A stretch of 64,000 nt of DNA. Source: Mytilus edulis. Lineage: Eukaryota. The first letter of the stretch is position 1, and every line of letters starts with the position of its first letter. Of the stretch, positions 1 through 13,259 are shown piece by piece. The DNA is taken from contig NC_092350.1 of NCBI RefSeq assembly GCF_963676685.1, forward strand, positions 25,358,001 through 25,422,000, in the 5' to 3' direction. The notes under the pieces were generated by a model, which saw only the letters and a list, made by a program, of their open reading frames with translations, was not told where the DNA came from and searched no databases. A program made the position numbers and the translations under genes.

Positions 1-975
1 CCAATGAAAAGATAATTTTCTTTACTTTTTTCTTTCTCTCTAACAGATAGATTAAATAACAGCTTTAAGTGATTGTTTAAAAAGAGACAACAGCCTACAG
101 CTACATGAGCTAGCTCCTAAACAAAAATGTGTACTAGTTCAGTGAAAAAGATATCATACTAAACTCTAAAACATATAAATGAACTAAAATTATAATAATA
201 TACAAGAATAACAAAGGACAGATGCTCCTGACTTAGGACAGACACAAAATTGTTAGGTTTAACATGTTTTCTTATTATGAATATATTTTCTTCCCTTTCT
301 TGCTTTTTAAAACAAGAGTGCACACACTGAATGTCTCGCCTTCTTTACTAATCATTGTAATTATGTCGATAATCCTATATATAAAGCTTTACTACAACTA
401 TCACATAAATTTAATTTGATCCAAGAAAATGAGGTCAACTGTTCATACATTAAAACAAAATATAAAATTCTTCAATTATAAAAGTGGAAGACTGGCAATA
501 TTAGTCTGGCATTGAAAATAAGTTAAGTATTGATTGCTGCATGTCCAGTTGGAGAGGGCATAATTTAATTGTTCCCTATAAGTAATTTAAAGTTGAAATA
601 TTATTTACAATGCATCCCTTGTAGAGATTTTAGAGAGTAGCATTCAAAATAATTTAAAGGTTTTTGATCACCTTCAGACTATCTATTTTTTTTTTATATT
701 TCTTTAAAGGGAACTAGTTACTCTTGTACAATACAAGTTTATATATAACAACTTTTAATGAATTATTTATTCTTGAATTATAAAATCTTCAACTATGTTA
801 ATTTTGCAATGCATAAGAACATGTACATGAAGAAAAGGGGTATTTGTCAAAGCAAACATATTTTTTCTTTTGAAACCAAAATAAAAAAAAAGTCATTTTG
901 CCTCTGCTAAGGGAGACAATAGCATAATTGACTTTAATAGGGTTGTCAGGAAATGAACATATATATATTTACTCA

Positions 976-1101
<126 letters not shown>

Positions 1102-1340
1102 CTACTTGATCAAAATAATGTTTGAGATGGCAGGATATTGTTTTTACAACTCCCTCAGGCAAAGTTGACCATTGACGAATTTGGCTATTCTTGTAATGTC
1201 CAGTTAGGTCATGTAGATCCTGTTAGACTTATTCAGGTGTTAATACACCCTTTGCTTTCAAATGTTTGGGTTTAAGAGTTCCAAATGAAGGTCAATTCTA
1301 GAAAAGATTAACATGCACAAAGTTTACAAAATCTTATTAA

Positions 1341-1612
1341 AACAAGAATGTGTCCAAAGTACACCAATGCCCCACTCGCACTATCATTTTCCATGTTCAA
1401 TGGACCGTGAAATTGGATAAAAAATATAATTAGGCATTAAAATTAGAAAGATAATATCATAGGGAACATGTGTACTAAGTTTCAAGTTGATTGGACTTCA
1501 ACTTCATCAAAAACTACCTTGACCAAAAACTTTAACCTGAAGCGGGACAGACGGACGAACGAACAGACCAGAAAACATAATGCCCCTCTACTATCGTAGG
1601 TGGGGCATAAAA
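1341..1612 (-). mobile_element. Short non-autonomous Helentron/HINE-like repeat (related copies near 5670-5920, 6020-6285, 1680-2075, 28580-28750)
   Basis: Recurrent aacaagaatgtgtcc...atgcccc end, (GACA/GACG)n microsatellite and ggggcataaaaa terminus; the internal body is shared with 6020-6285. Confidence 0.6.
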
Positions 1613-2663
1613 AATTTAACTGCAGGAATATATATATATGGGAACACCATGCATTTTACATATAGATATAATATCAGAGAAGACTAGATGTGTCAAAGCG
1701 ACACGAATGGCCCCATCCCTAAAAGTTGAAAAATCTGCAATTTCAATAACACATGTGGACACAAACATTATGGTAGTCATGGTAGTCTCACATATAAAAA
1801 ATCAGCTCAAAATCTGGGAGCGTATAGCTGGTATAACTGTGATTTTCAATAATTTATCAAAGTCCAAAGCCCGTAATTTCAACAAAAATTAGTGGAGCAG
1901 AACGAAACTTAAACTTGATCTGTAACTCATCATGGTTAACTCACATACTGAAAATCAGCCCAATATCTGAGGGCGTTTTAGAAAAAACTCTGTATAATGG
2001 TTTGTTGTGGAATGACAGAAATTATGGAGAAGGGTAAACCTATATGGCACCGACAACTTTGTTGCGGGGCCATAAAAATTGTTCTTGCGATTAAAACTAT
2101 GAACACATTTTTTTTACATTTCAAAATCTGTGAGTTGAACATGTTGAACTTTGCTCATCATTTACTCTATCAGTCTATGTATTCTCTTAATTTAATGCAC
2201 CATCATTGAGTTCAGTAACAGTACTTCTGTTCTTCTCCAATGAGATGCATACGATTGTAAAAAAAAAATGCTTTTATTTTTATTCATATATAATAAACTG
2301 ATTATATACTTTACCTTAGATACAATGGCCATTCTTTCTGTAAGGCAAATGTGAAGGAACAATGGGCAAAGTCTGTTATACTCTGGAAAAAAACAAATCA
2401 AAACTTGATAATTTGATACACTCAAGCTAAAATATAATGTACATGTGTACTCTCATCTGTTTAAAAAAACAAAGCACAATCTACATCAATTTTTAAGAAC
2501 TTTTAATAATTTTTTATAATTTTCATCCTCCATTTTTCTTTTTCCGTGTCTGGGTGTAAATGATAAACCAAATATGTATATTCCACAGATATAAGAAACA
2601 ATTATCAACAATTGTCTAATGCTATTGCTGGATGCCATAATGACCTTGTGTACAGTTTCTTAC

Positions 2664-2810
2664 CTTATCTGTGTTATACATTCCCATAGCAACTCCTCCT
2701 CCATCTTGGAAATCAAAAACAGTGTATTGCATTTCTTCGCCACCATAAGATGGTGTGAACTTCATCTCTAATTTCCCTGCACCTGGCACAACAAAATCTG
2801 TGGCTTTATA
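2664..2810 (-). CDS. IDH1: IDH1 coding exon 6 ([49 protein letters not shown]); later exons presumably lie left of the window
   Basis: ttttcag acceptor, gtaaga donor; [10 protein letters not shown]...[10 protein letters not shown] motif; no further exon recognised in 1-2663. Confidence 0.95.
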
Positions 2811-3941
2811 CTGAAAACAGAAAAGACATCATTATTAACTCTAAACACAAGCATGGTAGATTTATGGCTATATCTGGTGGCACTTCACAAATGCTTTACC
2901 ACAGAAAGTAAACTGCCACTACCTATCATTACATCATACATGAGGCAATATGGATATCTGTTTCTTCTTTGGTGAAATTTATTACGTGAGACCTCAGAAG
3001 TTTTTTTCTTCTTCTCATTGTCAGTGTTTCATGGTATTACATTTGTCTAGATACAAACAAAATCTGGACACCTCCAAAATCAAAGACTTAAATGATCCAC
3101 ATGTTCTTTAAAGTCAAACTTGTATTTTGGTATTGCACATGTTCATGCTTCTTAGACTGTTTATGGCATCTTCATACTAATTCCAATGATACTTTAGTCC
3201 AGGTGTATTGATATGAGGAGTTAAGCCTTTTTAACTTGATTTTAATAGTAAGTTCCTATGCTGTACTGTTACACCCTGGTCACAGGTTATGGAGAGATTG
3301 ACATGCCTTCAAACTAGTTCAACCCCATCACATTGTGTATGTGCCTCTTCAAAGTCAGGAGCCTGTAATTCAGAGGTTGTCGTTTCTTGCTGTTTATCAT
3401 ACAATATTTGTTTTTTCGTTTATTAATTGTACATAACTTGGGTCGTTAATTTTCTTGTTTGAATTTGTTTTACATTTCTTCAGGATGTTTTATCATGTTC
3501 ATAGCTGATATTGATATGGGTTTAACTCATTGTTGAAATCTTTACTGTAGACGTATTTATTGGTTAATTTCTGTGTCATTTGGTCTCTTGCGGAGAGTTG
3601 TCTCATTTGCAATCTTACCACTTCTTTTTATTTTTATATGATTAATTTATTAGTTGTTTTATTGACTTTTTACACTGTTTTTTTTTACTTTTTAATCTCA
3701 AACTCTGCTGTTACACCGCTGTACCAGCATTTGACCAGGTAAGGGAAGGTTGAGCACTCACAAACATTTTCGTTATATTCTTATATGTGCCTGTTTCAAG
3801 TCAGGAGTGATTGGTGTTTGTAGCTGTCTTCCAAATTTGTTTTCTTTTATTGCTTTGTCATAAATCTGACTTTTTGTTTAAATTGTTTCACATTGTCATA
3901 TCAGTGCCTTTAATAGCAGACAATAAAGTATGGCTTATGCT

Positions 3942-5160
3942 CATTGTAGTTTTTTGTCATGTGTGCAGTGACCGTAGGCTGCTATAATTCACTTCATTGT
4001 AGTTTTTTGTCATGAGTGCAGTGACCGTAGGCTGCTATAATTCACTTCATTGTAGTTTTTTGTCATGTGTGCAGTGACCGTAGGCTGCTATAATTCACTT
4101 CATTGTAGTTTTTTGTCATGTGTGCAGTGACCGTAGGCTGCTATAATTCACTTCATTGTAGTTTTTTGTCATGAGTGCAGTGACCTTAGGCTGCTATAAT
4201 TCACTTCATTGTAGTTTTTTGTCATGTGTGCAGTGACCGTAGGCTGCTATAATTCACTTCATTGTAGTTTTTTGTCATGTGTGCAGTGACCGTAGGCTGC
4301 TATAATTCACTTCATTGTAGTTTTTTGTCATGAGTGCAGTGACCTTAGGCTGCTATAATTCACTTCATTGTAGTTTTTTGTCATGTGTGCAGTGACCGTA
4401 GGCTGCTATAATTCACTTGATTGTAGTTTTTTGTCATGTGTGCAGTGACCGTAGGCTGCTATAATTCACTTCATTGTAGTTTTTTGTCATGTGTGCAGTG
4501 ACCTTAGGCTGCTATAATTCACTTCATTGTAGTTTTTTGTCATGTGTGCAGTGACCGTAGGCTGCTATAATTCACTTCATTGTAGTTTTTTGTCATGTGT
4601 GCAGTGACCTTAGGCTGCTATAGTTCACTTCATTGTAGTTTTTTGTCATGTGTGCAGTGACCGTAGGCTGCTATAACTCACTTCATTGTAGTTTTTTGTC
4701 ATGTGTGCAGTGACCTTAGGCTGCTATAATTCACTTCATTGTAGTTTTTTGTCATGTGTGCAGTGACCGTAGGCTGCTATAATTCACTTCATTGTAGTTT
4801 TTTGTCATGTGTGCAGTGACCGTAGGCTGCTATAATTCACTTCATTGTAGTTTTTTGTCATGTGTGCAGTGGCCGTAGGCTGCTATAATTCACTTCATTG
4901 TAGTTTTTTGTCATGTGTGCAGTGACCGTAGGTGCTATAATTCACTTCATTGTAGTTTTTTGACATGTGTGCAGTGACCGTAGGCTGCTATAATTCACTT
5001 CATTGTAGTTTTTTGTCATGTGTGCAGTGACCGTAGGCTGCTATAATTCACTTCATTGTAGTTTTTTGTCATGTGTGCAGTGACCGTAGGCTGCTATAAT
5101 TCACTTCATTGTAGTTTTTTGTCATGTGTGCAGTGACCGTAGGCTGCTATAATTCACTTC
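3942..5160. repeat. 53-bp minisatellite, about 23 near-identical copies, in IDH1 intron 5
   Basis: Unit cattgtagttttttgtcatgtgtgcagtgaccgtaggctgctataattcactt repeated head-to-tail (period 3942->3995). Confidence 0.97.
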
Positions 5161-5343
5161 AATTTGACTCTGGTTGATTGTTGTTTTATTGGCAATCAGA
5201 CATCATTTCTTTAATGTATATGTAGACATCATTATTCCTCTGAACATGCAGGAAAAGTTACCTAAATGAATCTCATATAATTTAGTTTCAAATAGCTGGT
5301 ATTTGACCTTTTTGTTGTATAAATTTGCCTTTTAAATCATTTA

Positions 5344-5580
<237 letters not shown>

Positions 5581-6351
5581 TTACAATATTTTATATATAT
5601 ATACAATTAGATTATGAGAGCAGACATGCATTATTTTCAAATCACCAGAATCAATGGAAAACGAATCAAAAATAAATGGAGAATGTGTCCCCATGGAAAC
5701 AGATGATGCCCCCGCTTGCATACACAACATTTTAAAGACTCTAACTCAAGAACCATAAAAGTGACTATACTCAAATTTGTATTTCATCTAAGTTTTGTGG
5801 TAATAAGTATTGTATAAAGGTTTCATGATGTTTGGTTGAGGCAAAGTCACGTTGGAAAATGGAAACCAATTTTGGGACATACAGACGGACAAGGGTAAAA
5901 CTTAATGTCCCCCTCTGCTAGAGTTTAGCCTAGATTTTGGTTATTCATCATGTTAATTATGCTCATTCATCAAACAGAACACACCAATACAAATATTTTT
6001 GTCTTAAATATATCTAACTAGGACTAATGTGTCCATAGAACAAGGATGCTCCACTCGCACTATAATTTCTACGTTCAGAGGACCATAAAATTGGGGTCAA
6101 AATTCTAATTTGGCATTAAAATTAGAAATATCATTGTCATAGGTAACTTGTGTACTAAGTTTCAAGTTGATTGTACTTCAACTTCATTAAAAACTACCTT
6201 AACCAAAAAATTTCAACCTTAAAGACGACAGACAGATAAACAGACACACAGACCGAAAAAGTAATGTCCATAAGTTGGGTGTAAAAATATAAAATGAAAG
6301 AGTTTGAACAAGAAATTGTCTTGTAATTGATACTCTAAATCAATGCCTTAC

Positions 6352-6438
6352 CCTCCACTCTTTTCTCATCAGGTGTAATTGTTGCACACTTGATTCCAAC
6401 ATTGTATTTCTGTATAGCATGAGCAGCATCAATAGTCA
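6352..6438 (-). CDS. IDH1: IDH1 coding exon 4 ([29 protein letters not shown])
   Basis: KCATITPDE signature; cag and gtaagg boundaries; phase 1-1. Confidence 0.96.
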
Positions 6439-7114
6439 CTGTAAACAAAACAAACATACATGTATGCCAGACATCATGTACAATGGTGTTAATTTTTACT
6501 GCAATTAAACATGTTAAATAAAAGTCACAATAAAGACAGGTACTAAAATGTGAAAATAAAAATATATATATACATGTATAAACAGTCTACAAAACTGAAT
6601 CCTGCTATCATGGCTATTAACCAAACATAAAGTATAATTTGTGGGACAAAGAAACATAAATGTACACCTAAAACAATGACTTCGAAGGAAAACAGTGTTG
6701 AGACAAACAATGATGGTTTATATCTGATATAAAACGATAATCATAAATAGCTTTTAATGTAATTGAGAAACAAACTTTCAAGTTGGTATTACAAATGTAA
6801 GCAACAAGACTTAAACAGCTTTAAATGAATAAAATACAATCCCTGCCTGAAATAACAATATATAGTGTATGTAATCACTGCAACATCAAAGACTTATCTT
6901 TCAAATCAACCACACATCATACACTTCTTCCTAAATTAAACTGAACTAGTCTTCACACATTTACATATTGAAATATTATGTACCATCTAGGTTTTTGTAA
7001 CTTAAATTTTCTGCAGAAAAAAATAGAAACATTTGTCAGATAGAACTTTGTACATGTGAATAAATGTAACATCCACTTCAGAGAAGAATGCATATATATT
7101 ACAAATGTATGTAC

Positions 7115-7221
7115 CTTGATCATCTGTTGCATCTCTGTTCTGTATACTAAGGTCATATTCATGTAGTTCAAGGTCAACAAATGGTAAGACCAATTTCTCT
7201 TTAATCAAGTCCCAGATGATG
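7115..7221 (-). CDS. IDH1: IDH1 coding exon 3 ([35 protein letters not shown])
   Basis: AG/GT boundaries with compatible phases; near-identity to known IDH1 sequence. Confidence 0.95.
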
Positions 7222-7737
7222 CTACAAATTTGAGGGAAAAAAACAATATATAGAAATAATGAAGAAGATATATAGATAATACATGCACATTTATCCAACA
7301 CAATCATAGGTTTGAACGTTGCTTTCAATTTAGACTTGAATATATAAGTACAAGTTCCAGCCCTGGCCCGGGTGGAAGTAAAGAATCAAATCTACTCTAA
7401 CATTGTTAGTTGATTTTCTAGGCACATTATAAATATTCTAAAGCCTGGTATTTCTTAATCATAAGGAATCTGCTGGACAAGGTACAATTTACAGTTGTCA
7501 CTACACATAGGCAGACATACATGGATATATGAAATCAGTTGTACATTTTAGTCTACTGGTACAGACGCACTTACAATATAACCATGATAATTGTTTCTGT
7601 GACTGCATCCCACATTAACTTGTGAGATCCGCTACGATAGAAAATTCACCTCATCAATGTTCTTATAACATGATGTGCACTGATTTTACTTTATAAATGA
7701 CGTCTATGTGTAGGATCTAATTTCTATTTACAGTAAA

Positions 7738-7786
7738 CAAGGATTTGTATAGTGACATGATTGACATGTCACTATACAAATCCTTG
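7738..7786. repeat. Perfect 22-bp-arm inverted repeat with a 5-nt loop
   Basis: caaggatttgtatagtgacatg-attga-catgtcactatacaaatccttg. Confidence 0.9.
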
Positions 7787-7950
7787 CAGTGAATAATATG
7801 TACAAAAATATAAATTTCAATGTTAAATATTTTCTTGTTTTTTTACTAAACATTTTGGTTAAAACTATATACATTGTAGAATTAATTTAATGTTTAGGTG
7901 TTTATTGAGAACAGATATTGGAATTTGTTCTTGGAAACTGCAAAGAGCAC

Positions 7951-8590
7951 TATAACGTAACGGTACCCAAATTGCACCGAGTACCCAAATTGCACCTATT
8001 TAGCAAAACTAGCAGCGAAAATCTTACAAGATTTTCTAGAGACTAAACAATTTGTTTTTTTATGAAATTATACTAAGCACATCTTTCAACATAGGTAACA
8101 CTATTTAGATATGCACAAAACGTTCACAGTATCTATCAACAGATGAAGTATTTACTGAAAAAGCAAAATGTACTGAAACGTCGCCATGCGACGTCATCAA
8201 AACCTCATCTTTTTCAAATGAGCAAATACAATATGTTACAAGTATCCATTTAAAAAAAAAATGAAGAGTAAGCATGGACTAATATCCAATTGTTCAAAAT
8301 ATATAAAGAAATTAAACAAAAGCTCTGTTATTAGACTTTTGATGATGGGAATTTAAGCATGGATGCAATTTGGGTACTCCTCATTTCAGAATCATTAATG
8401 GTTTGGAGGTCAGTTTAGACCAATTTTTCTATGATTCCATATGAATTAAAAATCAAATTGGTGTACCTATATGATAAAGAAGGATACGGCTACAAAATAA
8501 ACACAGAATGGATATTTTTGTCTTTATCATAAAAAAACATAGGTGAAAAAACTGTCAAAATAGGTGCAATTTGGGTACCGTCACGTTATA
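7951..8590. mobile_element. MITE with ~28-bp TIRs and probable TA target duplication, in IDH1 intron 2
   Basis: tataacgtaacggtacccaaattgcacc ... ggtgcaatttgggtaccgtcacgttata; the TIR core is repeated internally. Confidence 0.85.
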
Positions 8591-8925
8591 CTGGAAGAAT
8601 TTGTCCCAATTTATGACTAGAAAAATATGGAATCTAGCATCTTCCATGTGATGATTCATAGTGAACATAAGAAGTCTTAAAATTACAGCAATTTATCTAC
8701 ATTTTTTTTTGGGGGGGGGGGGGGGGACGCTACTTTAAATGATATGAAAAAACCCCAAATAATTCAATTTAAAGTGTACTTTTATTTAAAATCAAAATCA
8801 TTTTTTTCAGTATGGGCACTGGAACAAGGCCAGCACCGTTATTGAGATTTTCAAGTTAAAGCAGTGTCCTATATAATAAACCCTAACAGATTGTGTTTCG
8901 TTATGTCAGCTGATATGCAACTCAC

Positions 8926-8965
8926 CGCGTCATCTCATCTCCATTCATTTCGACCACTGGACCTC
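8926..8965 (-). CDS. IDH1: IDH1 coding exon 2 (GGPVVEMNGDEMTR)
   Basis: ttttacag acceptor, gtgagt donor; conserved VVEMxGDEMTR motif. Confidence 0.93.
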
Positions 8966-9052
8966 CTGTAAAATAAAATGCAGATATGAAGCATGTTCAT
9001 AAAAATAAATGTGCAAATTCGCTTTTATTTCATAAAAATTTAGCCATTTTAC

Positions 9053-9068
9053 CTTTAATTTTCCCCAT
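9053..9068 (-). CDS. IDH1: NADP-dependent isocitrate dehydrogenase (cytosolic), coding exon 1 (MGKIK-G)
   Basis: ATG GGG AAA ATT AAA G|gtaaaa on the minus strand; splices in frame to the next exon to give MGKIKGGPVVEMNGDEMTR, matching the IDH1 N-terminus with no mitochondrial presequence. Confidence 0.8.
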
Positions 9069-10468
9069 TTTCTGAAATGTGTAGTGTAACTGAACCGGCT
9101 TGTCAAACGTGAGCAGACAGGATGTGAACTTTGATCCTACGTGTTGGTTGACGTGATTGGCTGGTGTCGCATCCGACCTACAAAAAATAATTGAGGAGTC
9201 AATAGGGAATTTAATAAATAAATATTTTTCATTTGCTGTTAAGCAAAGATTTATATCGTGCAATTATAATGTAAAATGAATTGAATAAAAAAAGATTAAA
9301 GTTTAATTTTGAAAACTTTAGTGAAACAGAACATAAAAATGACGCCCATGCCTCGAAAGCCTTTGTGTACCCATTTCTTTATGTACACAAAGGGAAATAA
9401 CTAAAGAATAATCAACAAACACTCAAAAAAGGTAAAATTTATCTTTAGGATTTTTTATTTAATTATTGCTTTGTTCTTAACATTGATACTGTTTTATGAT
9501 CTTGATAGTTATTTTTTTTAAACGAAATTACTCATAGATGTCCAACAATGAAATTATGTGCACTGTACATACTTTCGTTTTGAAATTCTACTTTCACTTT
9601 CAGTTGAATCAAATGTGCAATAATTTACTTTTTGACTGCTCATTACTAAGGTTGCCCAATCGTTTGACAATTAATATTTAATGTAATAATGATTGTCACA
9701 GACTTTTAGTTCTAGTAATGACTGAGATATTTTCTCAATAATTTAAATATATATATCCCAAGTTGTTTCATTTTTTACTATTTTTTTCAGGTTTATGGAG
9801 TATTTTGTGTTAGTTTTATTTCTTTATTTTGAATTTGTTAGCTTTACTATATTGACAGGAGAGAAACATAATTATTCATTATTTGGGATGTCCCAATTCT
9901 TTAAAACCATACTTCTGTCTACTGGATGTACAAAATGTAAGCTCAATGGGAGATGGGATATATCACTAACTTCGTAATGTCGGTGGCATTCACTATTTTC
10001 ATATTCATGATATATATAGATGATAAAGTCGAGAAATTATTTAAGCCATTTAAAGAAAAGTACACGAAAGTGTTGCTGATTAAATATCAAGTCTCTGAAA
10101 CTAATCATGCAGGTGTCGATTGATTTTGTTTTTTTCACAGATGCAATTAAAACCATGCAGCTAGTAATGTTTTTAATTCTCCAGATATTTGTCAAAACTA
10201 TTTATCTTGCTGTGAATTAATGTAACCATGATAGCAATAGGTATATTTTTTGCAAATTATTAAAAAGTTATGTGTTTTGTTATGCAAAATATGATAAGAT
10301 AGTTGGGAAGTGGATATATCTCACCTTAACACCCTTTCCCCTGATATAATGGCACTTGAGACTTATAAAATTTTAAATAATTTGGCTCCTGTATGTTTTT
10401 AAAATTTACTCCAAATTAAACACACTAAATATTCTTTTAGATACAGTAATATTTTGGATATACCACAG

Positions 10469-11473
10469 GTAAGAACTACTTCATATGGAAAAAAAATCTT
10501 TTAGTTTTGCTGCTGCTTCTTTATGGAATAGCTTACCAGACCACTGTTAACAGCTTCTCACATTTTAAGAGTCTTGTTCAGTCCTAGAGTGGAACAGAAT
10601 GTTTTTGCTCTGCCTGTAGATAATTTGTGTTACAATATTTATGCTTTTTATGCTGCATTAACAGCTTGCATTGCAACTGAAATTTTGTTTTTTACATTTA
10701 AAATTTGAAAGATTTGAAATTTTTACTTTATAAATCATAAATTTTTTTTAAATTATTTTTAAACTGCAAATTTTAAAAAATCAAGTGCTTCATGTTTTGG
10801 TATTTTGCAAGATATATGTATATGCTATTTGCTTAGAGTTAATTTTTGGTGCTGCTTTTTATTATTTATTGCATGCTGCATGCCTTGTTTTATATGTTAT
10901 TGCATATGTTTTTTTTTATATTCGATGAAAAGCTCATTAGATTGATTGATTGATTGATTGATTGTTGGTTGCTTAACGTCCAGTGGCAAATATTTCATGC
11001 TTTATCAGGACGAGAACAAGTTCACAATAAATACAATAGGTAGGTTAGTATAATAGAGGTCATCTGGGATGATGGTCAGGGAAATTTGGACTGCCACTGG
11101 AAAATGAGGGTATTTTGGATAGGGACAGAAATTTTGCCTTGCTGTAGGTCACCTACGGACCCCTCAAAAGAGTTGTTGCAAGGGTTCTTAACGTGCAAAG
11201 AGCGTGGCACTCTCTTTACACGAGGCATCGGATTTAACGTCCCCCTTCTGACCGGACGTGACTGCGAACTTGATACACCCCGCACAGCCAAACGGACGCC
11301 CCACTTCGGCAAGCGTTGTACTGCCGGTCGGGAGAAGACCAAGTGACCATAATTCTATTCCCCAGTCACCCTTGGGGTTGAAAAAAAAAGAAGAAAAAAA
11401 AAAGCTCATTAGAGCTTGTTTGTATTGTTTGTCAATATGCCGAATCCAAATTAAAGTTTTACTTACTGACTTA
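10469..11473 (+). mobile_element. 3' remnant of a CR1/L2-group LINE, interrupted by a SINE
   Basis: Translates VRTTSYGKKSFSFAAASLWNSLPDH, a typical CR1/L2 ORF2 C-terminus; then an AT-rich UTR ending ttaaagttttacttactgactt. Confidence 0.6.
10942..11399 (-). mobile_element. SINE-like retroposon with (CAAT)n tail and a Deu/Nin-like central domain
   Basis: 14-bp target duplication aaaagctcattaga at 10928-10941 and 11400-11413; (gatt)n tail; GC-rich body with gacgttaaatccg...cacgttaagaaccc. Confidence 0.75.
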
Positions 11474-11510
11474 TAAAGATGTACTTGTAATGTATATTAT
11501 TCTTTCCAGC

Positions 11511-11678
11511 ATGGCAACATATAGTACAGATTTAGCTAACGGTTTATGGAAACTTAAGATTGATGATAAATATGCCGATTTTACAATATCCGTAAATGGC
11601 AGAGAATTCAAGTGTCATAAAGTTATCTTAGCCTCCCTGTCGGAGTACTTTGAAGTCATGTTTGATACTGGACTAGAG
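11511..11678 (+). CDS. BTB-BACK-Kelch (KLHL-like) protein, coding exon 1 (N-half of BTB)
   Basis: DFTISVNGREFKCHKVILASLSEYFEVMF BTB signature; ttccag acceptor just before the ATG; GAG|gtgagt donor in phase 0. Confidence 0.92.
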
Positions 11679-13259
11679 GTGAGTTATCTAAGAAATTTTT
11701 ACATTTGCCGTCCAGCCACTTCTTGTGTATCTATAGTTTTAAATTTTTGTCAAAGTTTTATCTACTTTGTAAAGAAATGGTCGTTTATGATTCAGTATAC
11801 CTAAATCAGGTCCGGACCTGGTATTACATTATTCTTGTAATCCCTCATACAGCGAAATCAGAAAATTTCTCCGATTCAGAACCCCAAAGGGATTATTGTT
11901 CTTGTTATATTAAATACCGGTTATTTCTGGAAGGGAATATTGTAACAAAGAGAAGTGTGACAAATTTGTTGACGTTTTTTCAGCAGCCTGCAAAATTTGG
12001 TTGATATTGCGTCAATGAGTGTTATATAATAAACAATAATATCCTGTAACCCACTCAATTAATGTTATTTTCATTCCTGTGCATGTGGTTGATGAACACG
12101 TGATAAAACACAAGATTGCAGCTGCGCAGCAGAAACTACTTATTATCTATCTAGAAGTTTGCAGATGGCAGAGTCTGCTCCTTTAGTATCTGTCTGTGTC
12201 TTTATGAATGCGTTGTGGATAGCAATACTGGCTTTAATACAACAGTAGAGAGGGTGCTGTCGATTAATTGTAGATGCAAGAGAGCAGTTTTAAAGATCTC
12301 TGCAGTATCTTTAAGGTCGTTCCACTCGATCATTGTTTTTACGAAAATGAATTTGAATATCGTGTTGTTTCGCTCGCTGAAATTTCAAAACACTTCGTAT
12401 TGTTCTTAAACTTTTTTTTCCACATTATTTATTGTCTGATAATTGTCATTTTTTGTAACAGTAATTGTTCTTTTAGGACGTGCTTTTTTTTAAAATATTC
12501 GTCTGGTTCTATAGCTGGAAACAGCCCCTCATTTAACCACTTTGTACCGATATATTTGCTTCTTGGCAAGCATGTCTGAGACGCAACCATTATCTCTGGT
12601 AGATGCAAGATAAAAAAAAAAGTATATATATATATTGTAATTTGAAAATGCGCCTTTAAAATTGTCATTAAGGAATTATAATTTGCTCGAATAATTAACT
12701 CAATAACCATCACTGAGAGTAATATTTACGCGCAGACAGTTTTGTGAATTTCTTAACAAGACTAAGTCGTTTCGATCGTTGAGGCTGCCTATTTGAACGT
12801 CACGATTCTGGATAGAAAAGTTACTGATGAAAAATACGTTTGATTCCCCTCCCCCACCCTGGTCAAAAATAAGCCCCCGGGTAAAAAAAAATCGAAATTA
12901 TTTTTATTTCTGAAAAGTCCTTGAAAGCAAAAGGATTGATAATCTACATAAATACACTTAAATTTAGCACAAACAACTGATAAGTGGCATCGACTGGACA
13001 ACTCAAACCATTCATGTGACTATGCAATGACATCCAGTTAAAAAAAATCTGTTTTGCTGGTCTGTTTACAAAGGGTAGACCCGGGGGAGGGGAAACGGAC
13101 ATTCTTTTAAATGTTGCCATTTTGTTTTAGTTCAATCTGGAACATTACATAATATTCCCAACGTCAATCACGTGCACCCCATGTCAATCTAATTGAAATG
13201 TTGATCACTGCTTTCGTTTATAATTTCCTTTCATTGATGCTCGAGTCCAAAAATATATA

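Noticed and set aside
1265-1320. Possible third hammerhead family relic (ccaaatgaaggtcaattctagaaaa)
   Set aside because: Too degenerate to support from this copy alone
3942-5160. CRISPR-like regular array
   Set aside because: Units are contiguous with no unique spacers, no cas genes, eukaryotic intron context
11300-11350. Possible HDV-like ribozyme in the SINE head (minus strand: GGTC-ACTT-GG-TCTTCTC-CC-GACC-GGCA...TGCC-GAAGT)
   Set aside because: Element order is suggestive, but P1 is only about 4 bp and P3 about 2 bp, short of the canonical 7 and 3 bp; two simple hairpins explain it equally well
11076-11476. Four overlapping ORFs on both strands
   Set aside because: By-product of the GC-rich SINE; no recognisable protein motif
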